From positions 1 to 64,000 of the IMG/VR virus record IMGVR_UViG_3300031087_000234: a DNA stretch of 64,000 nt; one strand, given 5' to 3'. The notes under the pieces were generated by a model, which had not been told where the DNA came from, did no database searches, and saw only the letters and a list, made by a program, of their open reading frames with translations. Positions 41,966-53,879 of this stretch are shown here, piece after piece. The DNA is from an uncultured virus (IMG/VR IMGVR_UViG_3300031087_000234) (taxonomy: Duplodnaviria > Heunggongvirae > Uroviricota > Caudoviricetes). Every line of letters begins with the position of its first letter. Within the stretch, counting starts at the first letter, position 1. The position numbers were made by a program, and so were the translations under genes.

Positions 41966-42174
41966 CTTGGATTAAGTTTTATAGGTATCTTTAAGAACTA
42001 CTGAGAACAATCCTGAGAGGTTTTTAAACTTATCTAGGTGAGTTTATGGGTTAGGTGAGAGAGTTTGCCACAACGCTGTACAGGAAGCAGGAGAGGGATT
42101 AGTTCTCCCATTTCCAGGGATCGGCACGTCACTTCAAATCCCTTTTCCGTTTCAAATATCACAGCAAATATCAA

Positions 42175-42796
42175 TCACTCAATAGAGAAAATTACTGAAC
42201 AATCGTCTGATTCTTCCAAGCTGAAAGAGTGCAGCTTGAGAACTCCCTCTGGCTTTGCCACGGTAAGGGCCGAGAAAAGAACCTTAAGAGCATCACAGTT
42301 GTTTTCTGCATATTGCAGAGTGAATGGTACTGTAGTTCCTAAGTGTTGCACAAGCATAGCTGTACTGTTCTCTGATATGTCAGCAACAAAACTAACCACA
42401 CCTGCCTCATACTCAATCTTACTTGCCGGAATGGGAATACCTGCAATGTTCAACAGGGTTCGCATATGGTTGTAATATCTACTCATAATCACATACCTCC
42501 TCATAAGGAATAATTCTATCTACATTCTCTAGGATGTACTTTAACACAATATCCTTGTTGTTACCTGCGGAAACGTCTGAACACTCTAAATAGAATAGTG
42601 TGTGATTGTGCAGACTACCATCTGAGCAGAGGATTTCTTGAGACACTTCCAAGAAAACATCATCACGTTCAGCTAAATAGTATCTCTCTGCCCAAATACC
42701 GCTCACTACATTATAATCCCAACGAATCCTACCACGTTCCAGTGCTTCCAGAACGGATACTTTAATGTAATGTGTTACTGCAATCTCTACTTCCAT
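42175..42796 (-). other. Two hypothetical genes (42175-42486, 42479-42796)
   Basis: GAGG RBSs, overlapping. Confidence 0.6.
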
Positions 42797-42810
42797 ACAC
42801 CCTCCATAAG

Positions 42811-42831
42811 AAAAAGGGGCCGAAGCCCCTT
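42811..42831 (-). terminator. Intrinsic terminator
   Basis: AGGGGC-TTCG-GCCCCT-TTTT on the minus strand. Confidence 0.85.
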
Positions 42832-42834
42832 ATT

Positions 42835-43965
42835 TTAGAAAATCCGACTGAATCCACCTGTAGCAGTGATTGGCTGCTCAAGTACGAGTCGCAGTGCTGA
42901 CCCTGTATTGTCCTCGAACACCAGCTTACCGCCGTCTGTGATAGCCATAGCCATTGTGTTAGCGCTAAAGGTGAGTTCTGATGTATCATCGTCATCTTCA
43001 CCTACTTTAATCAGGGGTACACTTTTCAGTAATGCCTTCTGAGTGGCTTTCTCTTTCAGGTAAACGGTCAACTGAATGTTGTTGTCCAGGAACTTAATCA
43101 GATCGAATCCGTAGATACCTGATACGTGACCTGTCTGAATCACTTCACCGTTGATTGTCATCTCTGACAGCTTCCACTCACCCTTGCCAGCGCCGAACGT
43201 GATACCCATCATATCCAGAGCATCCTTAAAATGCATCTCGGGATAGGCGTTTAGCTCCTCAACTAACCCTTGGATAACATCGAAGGACAGTTCAAAGCTC
43301 ACTTCGTGCAAACGATTGAAGCCTGCAATGTGTTGTTTGTTATCCAGTTGATGTTCTAAGTAGTCAGTCATTGTTGCATCGCTGATCTTATCATAATCAA
43401 AGCTGTAGAAAATACGGCTAGGGCGGTTTTTAAAGAACTCAGACAAGAAGCCATTGTTCTTTGTCAGCATAAACATTTTATTACCTGTACCTGTGCCGTC
43501 TAAGACAGTCAGAAGAGATTCCTGTTTCTTCTTTTCATCGTAGAGTTTATCAAACTCATCGATCATCACCATAGCTTTCTCTTGAATCTTGGACATAAAC
43601 TCAATAAAGCCTGCGTCTGTGTACGGCTCGGAGATCAGAATGGTACTGATGCCTAGTGTTGCCAGTTTCTTAGCAACCACTTTTGCCAGCATTGTTTTAC
43701 CACTACCTTTTGTACCAGAAAGGAGTACGCCAGTGTTATCACCTTTTTCCGCACGGCGCAGATAGGTTTTGATTACGTGGTTTGCTCGACTGTCTGTTTC
43801 ACCGTAGAGTTTTGACGGGATGTCCATATCTGGAACCAGAGCCAGATGATAACCAATGTTATCATTATAGGACAGTGCATACGTCCCTACAGGCAGGCTA
43901 TCCATTGGGATGCCCATACGCTTGTTAATTGTAATCAGTTCACCGTAACGGGTATAAGTAGACAT
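42835..43965 (-). CDS. AAA+ ATPase
   Basis: GTKGSGKT Walker A, MIDEFDK Walker B, NRPSR Arg finger. Confidence 0.88.
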   Translation of the reverse strand: MSTYTRYGELITINKRMGIPMDSLPVGTYALSYNDNIGYHLALVPDMDIPSKLYGETDSRANHVIKTYLRRAEKGDNTGVLLSGTKGSGKTMLAKVVAKKLATLGISTILISEPYTDAGFIEFMSKIQEKAMVMIDEFDKLYDEKKKQESLLTVLDGTGTGNKMFMLTKNNGFLSEFFKNRPSRIFYSFDYDKISDATMTDYLEHQLDNKQHIAGFNRLHEVSFELSFDVIQGLVEELNAYPEMHFKDALDMMGITFGAGKGEWKLSEMTINGEVIQTGHVSGIYGFDLIKFLDNNIQLTVYLKEKATQKALLKSVPLIKVGEDDDDTSELTFSANTMAMAITDGGKLVFEDNTGSALRLVLEQPITATGGFSRIF

Positions 43966-44101
43966 TATTCATTCTCCTCTTTTGGGGCAACTAAGCCGTA
44001 TTCTTCCAATGAAGCCAAGAGTTCTTCCCTTGGCATAGTATCGATCTTGTGTAGCGCTTGTTCTAGCCACCGATCAATCATTTCTTTCGATTCTTTGTCT
44101 C

Positions 44102-46417
44102 TCATCGTCTTATTAAACGCTCTACCTCTTCTAGCACTTTACGCTGTCTGGCATAGAGATCAGAGGCGACAGTAGTGGCGTGTGGCCCGTAGGTTGCTCG
44201 TTCAACATAAGGACGACTACCAAGAATAACATCTCGAATCTCTTCGAAAAGGTTAATCATCTTCTGCTCAGCAGGATTGATACGTTCTTTTTTGTAGTTG
44301 GCCTTAAAATCTGCAATGATTTTATCATCCTCTGCAATAGCTGCTTTGATCCCACTGACAGCCTTAGAGAATACAGAAGGAGGCATACTCCGCGTTAATC
44401 CTCTGTTACCTTTCAATGAATGAAGAGAGTCAATTTTTGTTTGACGGATCTTGTTCATTGCTTTTAGTGCGGTAACATACGATGTTTTTCTAATTGTTGT
44501 ACTCATTCTCCCTCCTTGTTTGCTAAATATGCTTCAAAAGCATCTATAAACGTTCGTTTATGCCCCTCGCCATTATAACGAGTACCTTTCTCTAAGATAT
44601 GCTTGACGGTTTCTACATTTGTCTCTGTAGGGTTCCACTGACCTTCCAAGCCGTAGCAAGAGCAATGGTAGCCTTCCACTTCATAGAGAACGCCATCCAA
44701 TTCGTACAAAACATAAGCTTCGCCCTCGTAACATTCGTAAGTATACCAGGCAATAATGATCTTTGCTCGATAAAGATCTGATAGCTCCTGATCTGACAGT
44801 TCAAACTCACGACCAACATCTGCCACACAATTAAAATCATCTAAAAACATTAGTTACCTCCACGAGCTAAGCTGGCTGCATATTGAATAAGATAAACCTT
44901 AGGCGCAACCCAAATCTGGAGAGCATCTAAGCTGTTGGCTATGATGATCCAAGCACTAATTGCAAACAACAATACGGTTCCAATATGTGCAGGAATATTC
45001 TCAGCATCCTTTTTCACCCATTTATTAACGAGGCGACACCACCAAATACCCAGGATAGCCAGTACAACACCCACAACAATCCAGAGAACAGAAGATGTAA
45101 GTTGCCATAAAAGTAGCTGATGAATGACCTCTGGGATTTGCTGCTTACCAAATTCAATAACATCACTCATACTTTTAACTGTAACGTCAATCATACTGAG
45201 CAGTACGTCAGATGCCTTGTCTTTCAGTTGTTCTGTAGTTGCCATTGTTCCTCCTTAGAAAGATTTGAGTATGATTCTTTTTCTACACACAGGGCAATCA
45301 ATATAGTGGTCTGTTCCGGTACACTGACTGATATCTTTGTATGTAACAGTCTGAATATCGGTGAAAACGTATGCTAATACGCTACCGCACTGTCTGCAAG
45401 TACATTGCATTTCTTTTTGTTGTTCTACTACTTTGATAGTCATTAGATCACATCTCCTTTTTCTTTGCGATATTTATAAAGGCTGATTGTACCTAAGATT
45501 GCCGGAATATACAAGACGGGCCAGAGAATCGTGCTTGGAATAATCATCCAAGGACTATTCACATAACTTGCCCCCAGACAATCTACATAGTATATCATTG
45601 TTGCTGCAACGAAACCAACGCTAAGCCACCAAAGAAGAAAGAGCATCATACGAAACCACCGTACAATGTAGCAAATCGTGCTGGATGGTTTTTAGGGAGT
45701 TTCAAGGCTTCCTGAACTTCTGGTTTGTCCATAAACAGTGATGCTCGTTTTTCCAACTCAGAGAAATCTTGAACGTGGAACACCTCCACTTGACGCATTG
45801 TAGTTTCCATAGGGACGTTCTGCAACTCTGGACGACCTTTTAGACGCATTGTGCGACTCTTGCCTGTCAGAGAGTTATGCAGAGTGATCTCTTCTGGGAA
45901 ATCTTCCGGCTTCGCCTTTTCAATACCGATAACTCGATCAGCACTACGGTATAACTCACCTGGAGTAAGACGTGACTTACCTTCTGGCGTAGAGGCAGTC
46001 AGGACAACTAAGGTATCTTTTTTGTGACCATTCATTATTGAGTCTCCATTAATCTGAGTTAAAAGGGTATTTATTACTTGCTTAGGGAAGATTCTAACCT
46101 CAGCCGGAGCAGAGGTCAACATAATTTCTTCCTGTTTCCAGTTAAAACTCGACGAAACCTTTTTCATCTGCCATATCCTCTAAAGTCACTTCATCCAATG
46201 TTTTAAGAATGACAAGGCCACGCTTAATGCCTGGAACAATCTTATCAAAATATTCCTGAAACAAATCCTCTGCTGCGATCTTATGATCAGTGATTACAAC
46301 AATACGCTTCTCTGCAACGTAAGATTTCCAAACCTTGCCACACTTCCAGATGAAGTCTGCACGATCTGCACTCACCATACCCTTCTTACGTTGACGCTTT
46401 GTGATTGGTTCCAACAT
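44102..46417 (-). other. Array of hypothetical genes (44102-44506, 44503-44850, 44850-45245 membrane, 45255-45443 Zn ribbon, 45443-45649 membrane, 45646-46167, 46142-46417)
   Basis: Translational coupling, RBSs. Confidence 0.7.
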
Positions 46418-46452
46418 TTTTGATAACTCCGTTCTCTGCTTCGATAGGACAC

Positions 46453-46481
46453 ATACTACAAGACAGCCCGTAGGCTGTCAA
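46453..46481 (-). promoter_or_regulatory. sigma70 promoter with embedded hairpin
   Basis: TTGACA-17-TAGTAT; GACAGCC-TACG-GGCTGTC. Confidence 0.75.
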
Positions 46482-46656
46482 TCAATAATTTTGGCAAAAT
46501 GATAATTTAATACTTTGTCTTTATTGGAGGCAATCCACTTTAAACCGTGATCTATATCTGTGAAGCATAATACCTCACTTTCTGTACGGAGTTTAGGTGT
46601 GATAGCAGTAACCCGACTAGTACTAACAATCAATGCTTTCTTCATAGGAGTTCTCC

Positions 46657-46890
46657 TTAGCCTTTAGCCACCATCTGACGTGTATACTTGCCTTCCTTCC
46701 ACTCTGTAGCAGTTGTAGCGTTAGGGCAGATAAGAGCCTTTAACACGCCACCGTTGGTATCGTGAAGTGCATACACTTTACAGTTTGAGATATCACTCGG
46801 CAGTACAAAGTCTGCTGAGATATCGTTAGTTTCTGCCTTACACCCAACTAAAGCAAAAGCAATCATCAATACAGCAAAAATCTTTTTCAT
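46657..46890 (-). CDS. Putative lipoprotein
   Basis: MKK-hydrophobic-LVG/C lipobox, AGGAG RBS. Confidence 0.7.
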   Translation of the reverse strand: MKKIFAVLMIAFALVGCKAETNDISADFVLPSDISNCKVYALHDTNGGVLKALICPNATTATEWKEGKYTRQMVAKG

Positions 46891-46899
46891 ATATTCTCC

Positions 46900-49744
46900 T
46901 TATTTATTCTGAATCCTGTTTACGAGCATTTCTGCAAACTTACGACTGAGATCTTTAATCAAATATTCACGAGGGAAGTGATCCCACACGCGCGTAGTCA
47001 TATTAAGCGCCATACCTGCTTCGCCGCCAATGTAAACTCTTACACACATTGCCTCCCGCAGTGCGTCTAGCTCAACACTAGTCTCCATCACCTGTAAGCT
47101 ATGAAGTTTGTAGGCTATCTCTCGTGCATCTGTAACCTTACCATAAGGATAACCGAAGTTAGGAACCTCTGGCACACGGATAAAATCTTGCCCTGGCTCT
47201 ACGTGATAACTATTTTCGTTACCAATGAAGTTTTTACCCAGCACCTCATCCATAACATCAGCCATCTCCAGAAGATTTCTCATTCTGTTCTGTAGATCTT
47301 CATTATGCAACTCAGATTGAGTGTGTCTACGAGACAGATCTGCAATTTGCTCCCTTGCCTTTCTCCTTTGGTTACGACCATAGCGCTTGGACATTATACC
47401 TCCACCACTGGCAACCACATCTCAAATCCCTCGACATATACCTTACCCTCAGGGCTAATAGAATCTTTATCCACCTGGAAGGTTTCGTGACCATAGGCAA
47501 TCAAAGCTTTTAGAGACCGGATATCGTAGATAGCCTCCATAGCTGACATTTCAGACAGATCTTCTTCGCTGTTCAGACCTTCCAGAATTGCAATCTTATT
47601 CAGTTTTACGTTTACCATCTTTGGTTCTCCTATGAAAGTTTTTCTTACAGATTGTTTGTGATGAACAACAGCCCAAGCGATAGCGTCTGCAAGTGAAGCG
47701 GTGGTGTACATCCGTTCAGAAGGATCTTTGTTTTCGTAATTGACATACCAGATACCTTCTTGCTCAAAAATGACTATCTCAACCCAAGTACCAATAACAG
47801 AACAATAGATCAGTCCGTGATACTCGTCTCGGATCTTATCAAAGGTTGGTGTTTTAGTTTTCTGCGACATTATCTTACATTAATCCCGAGCCTGTCCAGC
47901 TCTGTAAAGTTACCTGACTCTATTTCTTCGGTCAAGGTTTTAATACGATTAGCCATAACTTTTGCGAGTACCTCAGAGGCAGGCTTAGGGAGAGTGCTTT
48001 CTAGCTCCTTCATATCGTTTGCCTGTTTAGCTCGTAACTGCCGGATAGACTCTTCAATCTCCAACTGATCCATAGCATCTTTACAGACACACATATAGCC
48101 CGTTACAGTGGTATCTGAGTCTTGGTTAAAGCTACCCTTGAAAAATGGCTGTAATGGCAATCCAACTTCACCACAGTATGCACAAACGCAGCGATAACGT
48201 GACAGGTGAATCATTTTAGTCGCCTTACCACCCGAAGCGCTATCGTAACGATACCCATACATACTTCCATTATCACCGTGGTCACTACCTACAAAATAGT
48301 TTTTATAGTGCTTCTTAGCGCGGTCATCACAGTAATCAGGAATAGCCATTGTGTTTCTCCTATGAGTAATAAACTTTACAGTTGCAGTTCGGACACTTCG
48401 GTTCTTTTACATCCAGCTTTTCTGGAGCAGACCTTGGTGCCGTGGCTAGATTGTAACAGCGAAGACAGCGAACACACAAGACATTTTTATCCGGCACAGT
48501 CATTTCTGCTATTGGACGTCCTAAGTAATCCGTCCTCATCCTCAACCCCACAAGTAGCAGCAAAGTATGACGGAGGGGATTAACAGCATAATAGACATAG
48601 CCGTGATTATGGCTTGTGCATTATCATAGTTCTCCTCTTCTGCTTCTTGTTTAGTTAGAGCCTGGAAAGCTACCCGTGCTTTCTCTGGGCAAAAAGTCAT
48701 CAACTCTTCTTTGGTCATAACTACCTCAGAAGCCATAGGATGAGTTGATTCGCACTCCTGATACAATCCAGACCGATCCCCTTCCCAATGATAAGTACTG
48801 TATCCATATGTGCTGGTTACTTTGACTCTTTCTTTAACTAAGTTGGGTTTGTGCTTATAGAAATGGATGTTAGCACCCGTCATAGCCACGTAAGGATAAC
48901 CATCAGGCCAATTATCCAGATCAACCGCTGCACGTAAAAACAAACCATAGTTCATCTTAGTCCTCCCACACATCTTTGCAAGTACCAATGCTACCATTAC
49001 CATTCTTTTCGCAGGTAATGTATCGCTTGTTCAGGTAGTCCGAGGATAAATCGATACGAAGCAAGTAAGCGCCACAATCCAAAATAGCTTTCTCTTGATC
49101 ACGACTACGGAACAACTCCAGACACTGAGGGATATTACCCTTAACTTCGGTCACAGTAGGGGCATTACCAGCGTGGGCTGCGCCCATAGATAACATCAGT
49201 GCTACGCCAAAACTCAGTACAGTCTTTTTCATTTTTTAGTTCCTTATCGTAAGATTTTAAGTGCTTCTGGACAGTGAGAGGAGTATAGCATCTTCTGAAG
49301 ATTACTTACAAGCCTCATTTTTCTCTTTGGTGCGAAGAGAAGGTTATCTCTTTGTCGAACATATGTCAAGCTGGCTGCTGGCATAAATGTTCTTACAATC
49401 ACCTGGAAAACACCATTGTCTACCATCTTACACTCAATTGCAAGTGCAAAACACTCTACTAGGTTTCCACGGTACAGGCGATAGAGGATCAATCCACCAT
49501 CATCAGCGAAGAATGCTTTATGCATTAGTCTGCCAAGGTGAAAATCCACCATCTCCTGCAACATCACCATTATCTTATCAATATCCACATCTACGCGCAA
49601 GGATCTGTCAAAGATACGATCCGCAACGTGGTTCGTAATAACAAGATCCATCATCAACCCAAACTGGTGTAGATGTTCATTTGCTTTCTTTGCGATATCG
49701 GATTTCCGATCACGGATAATCCTTCTTGCCTCGTAGAGTTTCAT
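46900..49744 (-). other. Array of hypothetical genes (46900-47394, 47394-47870, 47870-48349, 48360-48539, 48542-48955, 48957-49232 signal peptide, 49244-49744)
   Basis: Tight packing, RBSs. Confidence 0.7.
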
Positions 49745-49754
49745 TGCTAATCTC

Positions 49755-50402
49755 CTAGCTAACGTGAATTTTTAGTGCTTTCTCTAGCTCCAGATACATT
49801 CCGTGGTACTTGCGCATACGCAGAAGGTCTTTATCTGTCATCCCCTTAAGGCGACGAACATCAGAGTTATGGCGTAAGTCTGCCAGTTTAACGCGAGTAG
49901 CGTCCACATTCATCTTGATTGCTGAAATATACTGGTCATCAGAGATTCCTGATACTTTTGTGAGCAGTCGAACACCTTCAACTACACGGTCAGAGAAGCC
50001 CATATCACGCAGATCAGTTAGACTTAGTGGCGTATCTTCAACCACATCGTGTAGCACACCAATAGACATAAGCTCCATATCGTCTGTTTTCAGGTAATGC
50101 ATAACCTTAATAGGGTGCAGGATGTATGGCTTGCCTCCTTTATCTACTTGATCGATATGACCTTCTGCTGCCAGTTTGATCGCTAATGCTAATTGTTGGT
50201 TTGGTGTTAGTTTCATTTGTTCTTTCTCCTGATCATAGTATTCGGCTTCTTCAATGTACACAGTGTAATCTCTTTCGCCGTGTATTACAACCCAAAATCC
50301 ATCTTCTTCATAGTCAGCAAGAATCTTGACGATATCACCCTTCCTTGGGCCTGGAGTACCACTACACCAATCAACCTTCATTTTTAAGTGAGTGTATACC
50401 AT
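49755..50402 (-). CDS. HD-domain (p)ppGpp-hydrolase-like (SpoT/Mesh1 family) protein; internal start likely at 50216
   Basis: H-x-x-Q-x-DKGGKPYILHP, LHDVVEDT, VKLADLRHN. Confidence 0.85.
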   Translation of the reverse strand: MVYTHLKMKVDWCSGTPGPRKGDIVKILADYEEDGFWVVIHGERDYTVYIEEAEYYDQEKEQMKLTPNQQLALAIKLAAEGHIDQVDKGGKPYILHPIKVMHYLKTDDMELMSIGVLHDVVEDTPLSLTDLRDMGFSDRVVEGVRLLTKVSGISDDQYISAIKMNVDATRVKLADLRHNSDVRRLKGMTDKDLLRMRKYHGMYLELEKALKIHVS

Positions 50403-53268
50403 TAACACTCCTTATTCATATGTAAGCCAATACGCATTAAATGAGAAGCCAAATCCAACACAGCGTTACGATCAGTAAACTCCAAAATAGCTTCTCCGTG
50501 CTTATCTTTTGCTGTAAGCCACAGCAGGTCTTCCCCGCTCTCATTAGACCTTTCAACAAGAATAGTATCCCCATACTTATCAGTATACAACTCTTCGTTC
50601 GGCACCTCTGGCAGAGCATCTTCCTCAGGAGTGCTGATCACCTTAATGTTGCGAGGCATCACACCTACTTCACCATTACCAAATGTAACTTTTATAGTGA
50701 TATCCTCCTTACCTGAATGGTCTTCGAGCACTGTCGCCAGCCTCCCGATCATATCTTCATTCTGATATCTTCCCAAAGTATTGCCAACATACTCAATAAC
50801 AGAACCTTGAGGGATAGTCTGGATAGTCATATATTCTCCTTACTTAACGAGTAGAGCCTTTGGCCCTGTTTTACGTGCGCCGATCTTATCGACAAAGATA
50901 TTAAACACTGCTTCCGAAGGTGCAGAGAGCATATAATACTGGATACTTCCAGGATATGCCATCTTGTTCTTAATGCGAATGTCTAAATGTTTAAGTTCTG
51001 TTTCTCCTCTTACGGCTGCGGCCTTAGTAGAGAAGGAGACAGAGAAATCAAAACTCATTTAGTCCTCCTTATTCAAAATTACTGTAGTACTCTTTGATAA
51101 CATCTTCCAAAGTATGGTTTTGGTCAACTTCTAACCAGACACCATTAAAATCGAAAAGGATCTTATCTGCTTTTGTGGTATAAAGCAATGACTTTGCTCC
51201 CTTAACGGCAGTAAGTAGATCTACACCTTTATCTACTTCCACCTGGATTGTTCCTGTGAATATTCCTTTCATAGAGATACCTCCGAGAGTTTAAGAATCT
51301 CCAGCACCTTAGTACTACATTCAGTAATGTTATCTGTTTCAACGTTACCTGTGAGATCCATCAGTAGAGAGTCACAGTAAGAGGCATACCCTTGTGCCTC
51401 GCCAATGGCTAAATCACGTTGTTTCAGCAATACCTGGCCTTTCTTCACCTCAGCATTATATGCCACTGTCATCTGGTTTAGTTGCTCTAAGTATGTGGTA
51501 TCAGTCATAGTGCCTCCAAAGCGCCCCTATAGGAGCACTTTCTTAGTTTCATCAGGTGCGTCAGTAAATAACTGAATCACTTTGTCAAGCATTCTTACGA
51601 TCTCGTCAGTAAGGTTGAACTCTTTATACGACTTCCACGTTTGCTTCTGATCCCCGAAGATCCGCAACACCTTAATAGGATTGTCCAGAAGAATGTTACC
51701 TTCGTCAGTCTCCTCATAAGACGCCAGCCAAGACTCATCCTCACCGTTTACACGGATAATGACACCATTACCGTACTGCGTCTGTGTGATGTTCTTTGTG
51801 GAAGTCAGTACTTTCATTCTTAATCCTTAAATTCGATAATCGGGCAGACTTTCTGCTTCTTTGCTTTAACGTAAGATACCAGCAAACCCTTCTCACTGTC
51901 AACAGAGAAGTTAGATAGTTTACTACCTACATAACTCCAGATGGAGACAATAAACCATACCACTGCCGCCAATGCTACAATAAAGCCCAAGCCAATGCTC
52001 CAACACTTCACGACGACAATCCAGTTATGTAACTCTGCATCAGCAGTGCTTGTCATAATGGCTCCGATAAGCATAGGAATAGCCCCAGCAACTGCAATAC
52101 CCATTAGCAGAAAGATAATAGGGGTGAAAATATATAGGAAGAAGGTACACATCACCACTTGCCAGAAGTATACGCATAGGCTTTTAGATGGGGTACGATT
52201 CATATTGCGGATAGTACGATAATGCCAAGAATTTTTAGAGATATTCATTTTCCCTCCTCAGGATTAAAATTAAGAAATAGTTCGCTTATTGGGATTGTCC
52301 ATTCTACTCCAGACGGATAACTACCGCGACAGATTTTCAACTTACCCTTCTCATCACTATGGAAGTTGATGCTATCAGGGAAAGAATGGTTTGGAACTTT
52401 TGTCCAAGGCGTCCACTGTGTAGGCTTCTCGCCTCCATTGATCCAAGTGAAACCTTCATCTTCCAGTAATTCCAACGCAAAAATCATATCTTCTTTTGTT
52501 GGACAAGTTACCTTCATTCCTACTTTTAAGTCTAACATTATTCCTCCACGCAATCTGTAAACTTGAAGAACACACCTCGGTTTTGGTCTTCAATATAGTA
52601 GCGCATATCGTACAGAGGGCGCATTTTCATTACAACACCATTTTGACTAACCGAGAAAACGTTTGTCGTTTGATCCCAACGATTCATTGAGGGCGTCTGT
52701 AGCTCCTTCCCGTCAACGTTCACCTTAAAGGAGTTACCGTAGTCCGTAATTTCTGAACCCTTCTCAGAGAAGGTTTTAGGCGTGTTTCCTGAGACAGTAA
52801 CATCGCACACCCAATGTGTTGTACCTGCAACTGCCTGACCCGCTAACAACATCATTGCCGATAACACCACACCTTTAATCATCTTCATTGTTTGTTCTCC
52901 TCTTTGTGTAATTTATTAGCTCGTTTCAGAGCACTCTTAACTGTTGAAAAGGATATCTTACGTGGTTGATTATTGTCAAGAAGAATCAGACCATCCTTTT
53001 TACAAATGATTTTGTAGAGAGCATCGAAAGGCAAGCCAATAACATCTCCGGCAGTGTCTGTGTAATGTTTGATGCTTCGTTGATCAAAGTAGTCACGACA
53101 ATCCTGGTGGAAGCTGGAAGTGATGCGTATGTTTGTCGTTGTACGGTAGTAGTATGGTGTCCAATCAACGAAAGATCCACACGAACATCCAGCTACTGTA
53201 TTGGATTGCTTCTTGAATGACTCTGTAGTTCCGCAGCAAAGAAACTCGACAGTGATAATTGGTTGCAT
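50402..53268 (-). other. Array of hypothetical genes (50402-50830, 50840-51058, 51069-51272, 51269-51508, 51527-51817, 51820-52248 membrane, 52245-52538, 52538-52888 signal peptide, 52885-53268)
   Basis: Tight packing, GGAG RBSs. Confidence 0.7.
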
Positions 53269-53374
53269 TATACGTCCTCCTCATTAAGTGAACCTGCATA
53301 CTAGCAGTAATAGAGGTTGACTGCAAGAGGTGATTTAGTGTAGAATGATACTTCAATCAATAAGGAGATACACA

Positions 53375-53614
53375 ATGAAACTGACTTGCACCAAAGTAGT
53401 AAACGTACCGTTCACCGAAGGCCAGAAGTATGAGGCTAAAGTAGAAGGTAAAGAAGTAACCGTGGTTGGAGACGATGGTTATGAATGGCTAGTTGAACCT
53501 TACCTTAATGGTTACGCGATCCTGGTAGGCGGTATGAACTTCCAAAACATCCGTGTTGTAGCCAAGTTCCAAGAAGAAGTTAGTCCAAGAAAACACCTCA
53601 CAATTAAATCTTAG
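53375..53614 (+). CDS. Hypothetical protein
   Basis: AAGGAG RBS before ATG 53375; upstream TTGACT...TAGAAT promoter. Confidence 0.7.
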   Translation: MKLTCTKVVNVPFTEGQKYEAKVEGKEVTVVGDDGYEWLVEPYLNGYAILVGGMNFQNIRVVAKFQEEVSPRKHLTIKS

Positions 53615-53621
53615 AATATCA

Positions 53622-53650
53622 TTGACAGATTGAAAAATATATGCTAAGCT
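53622..53650 (+). promoter_or_regulatory. sigma70 promoter with no adjacent ORF
   Basis: TTGACA-17-TAAGCT with TG extension. Confidence 0.7.
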
Positions 53651-53660
53651 AAACACTAAG

Positions 53661-53850
53661 TTGCGAGCGATAGCGAGTAGGGATTACCTCTATTCGTTAT
53701 CCTTATTCCATATGTTACATAAGGAGTAGATCCCGAAGGGAGATACGACGATATGTAACATCTCTTCTATACTCCTCTCTATTACATATCTCTTCTATTA
53801 TTCTTACATACCTCTATTGACACTCTGATCTTATTGATATACTCTCTAAT
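53661..53850 (+). other. Structured non-coding element (G-A hairpins plus CTCT(T)CTAT repeats); candidate origin or ncRNA
   Basis: Hairpins at 53661-53680 and 53712-53761; pyrimidine-rich repeats at 53762-53850. Confidence 0.55.
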
Positions 53851-53879
53851 CATACTTAAACAACCACTAAGGAGTAATA

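Noticed and set aside
41534..41994. ORFs 41534-41788 and 41770-41994
   Set aside because: They are translations of direct repeats and A/T tracts, with no RBS.
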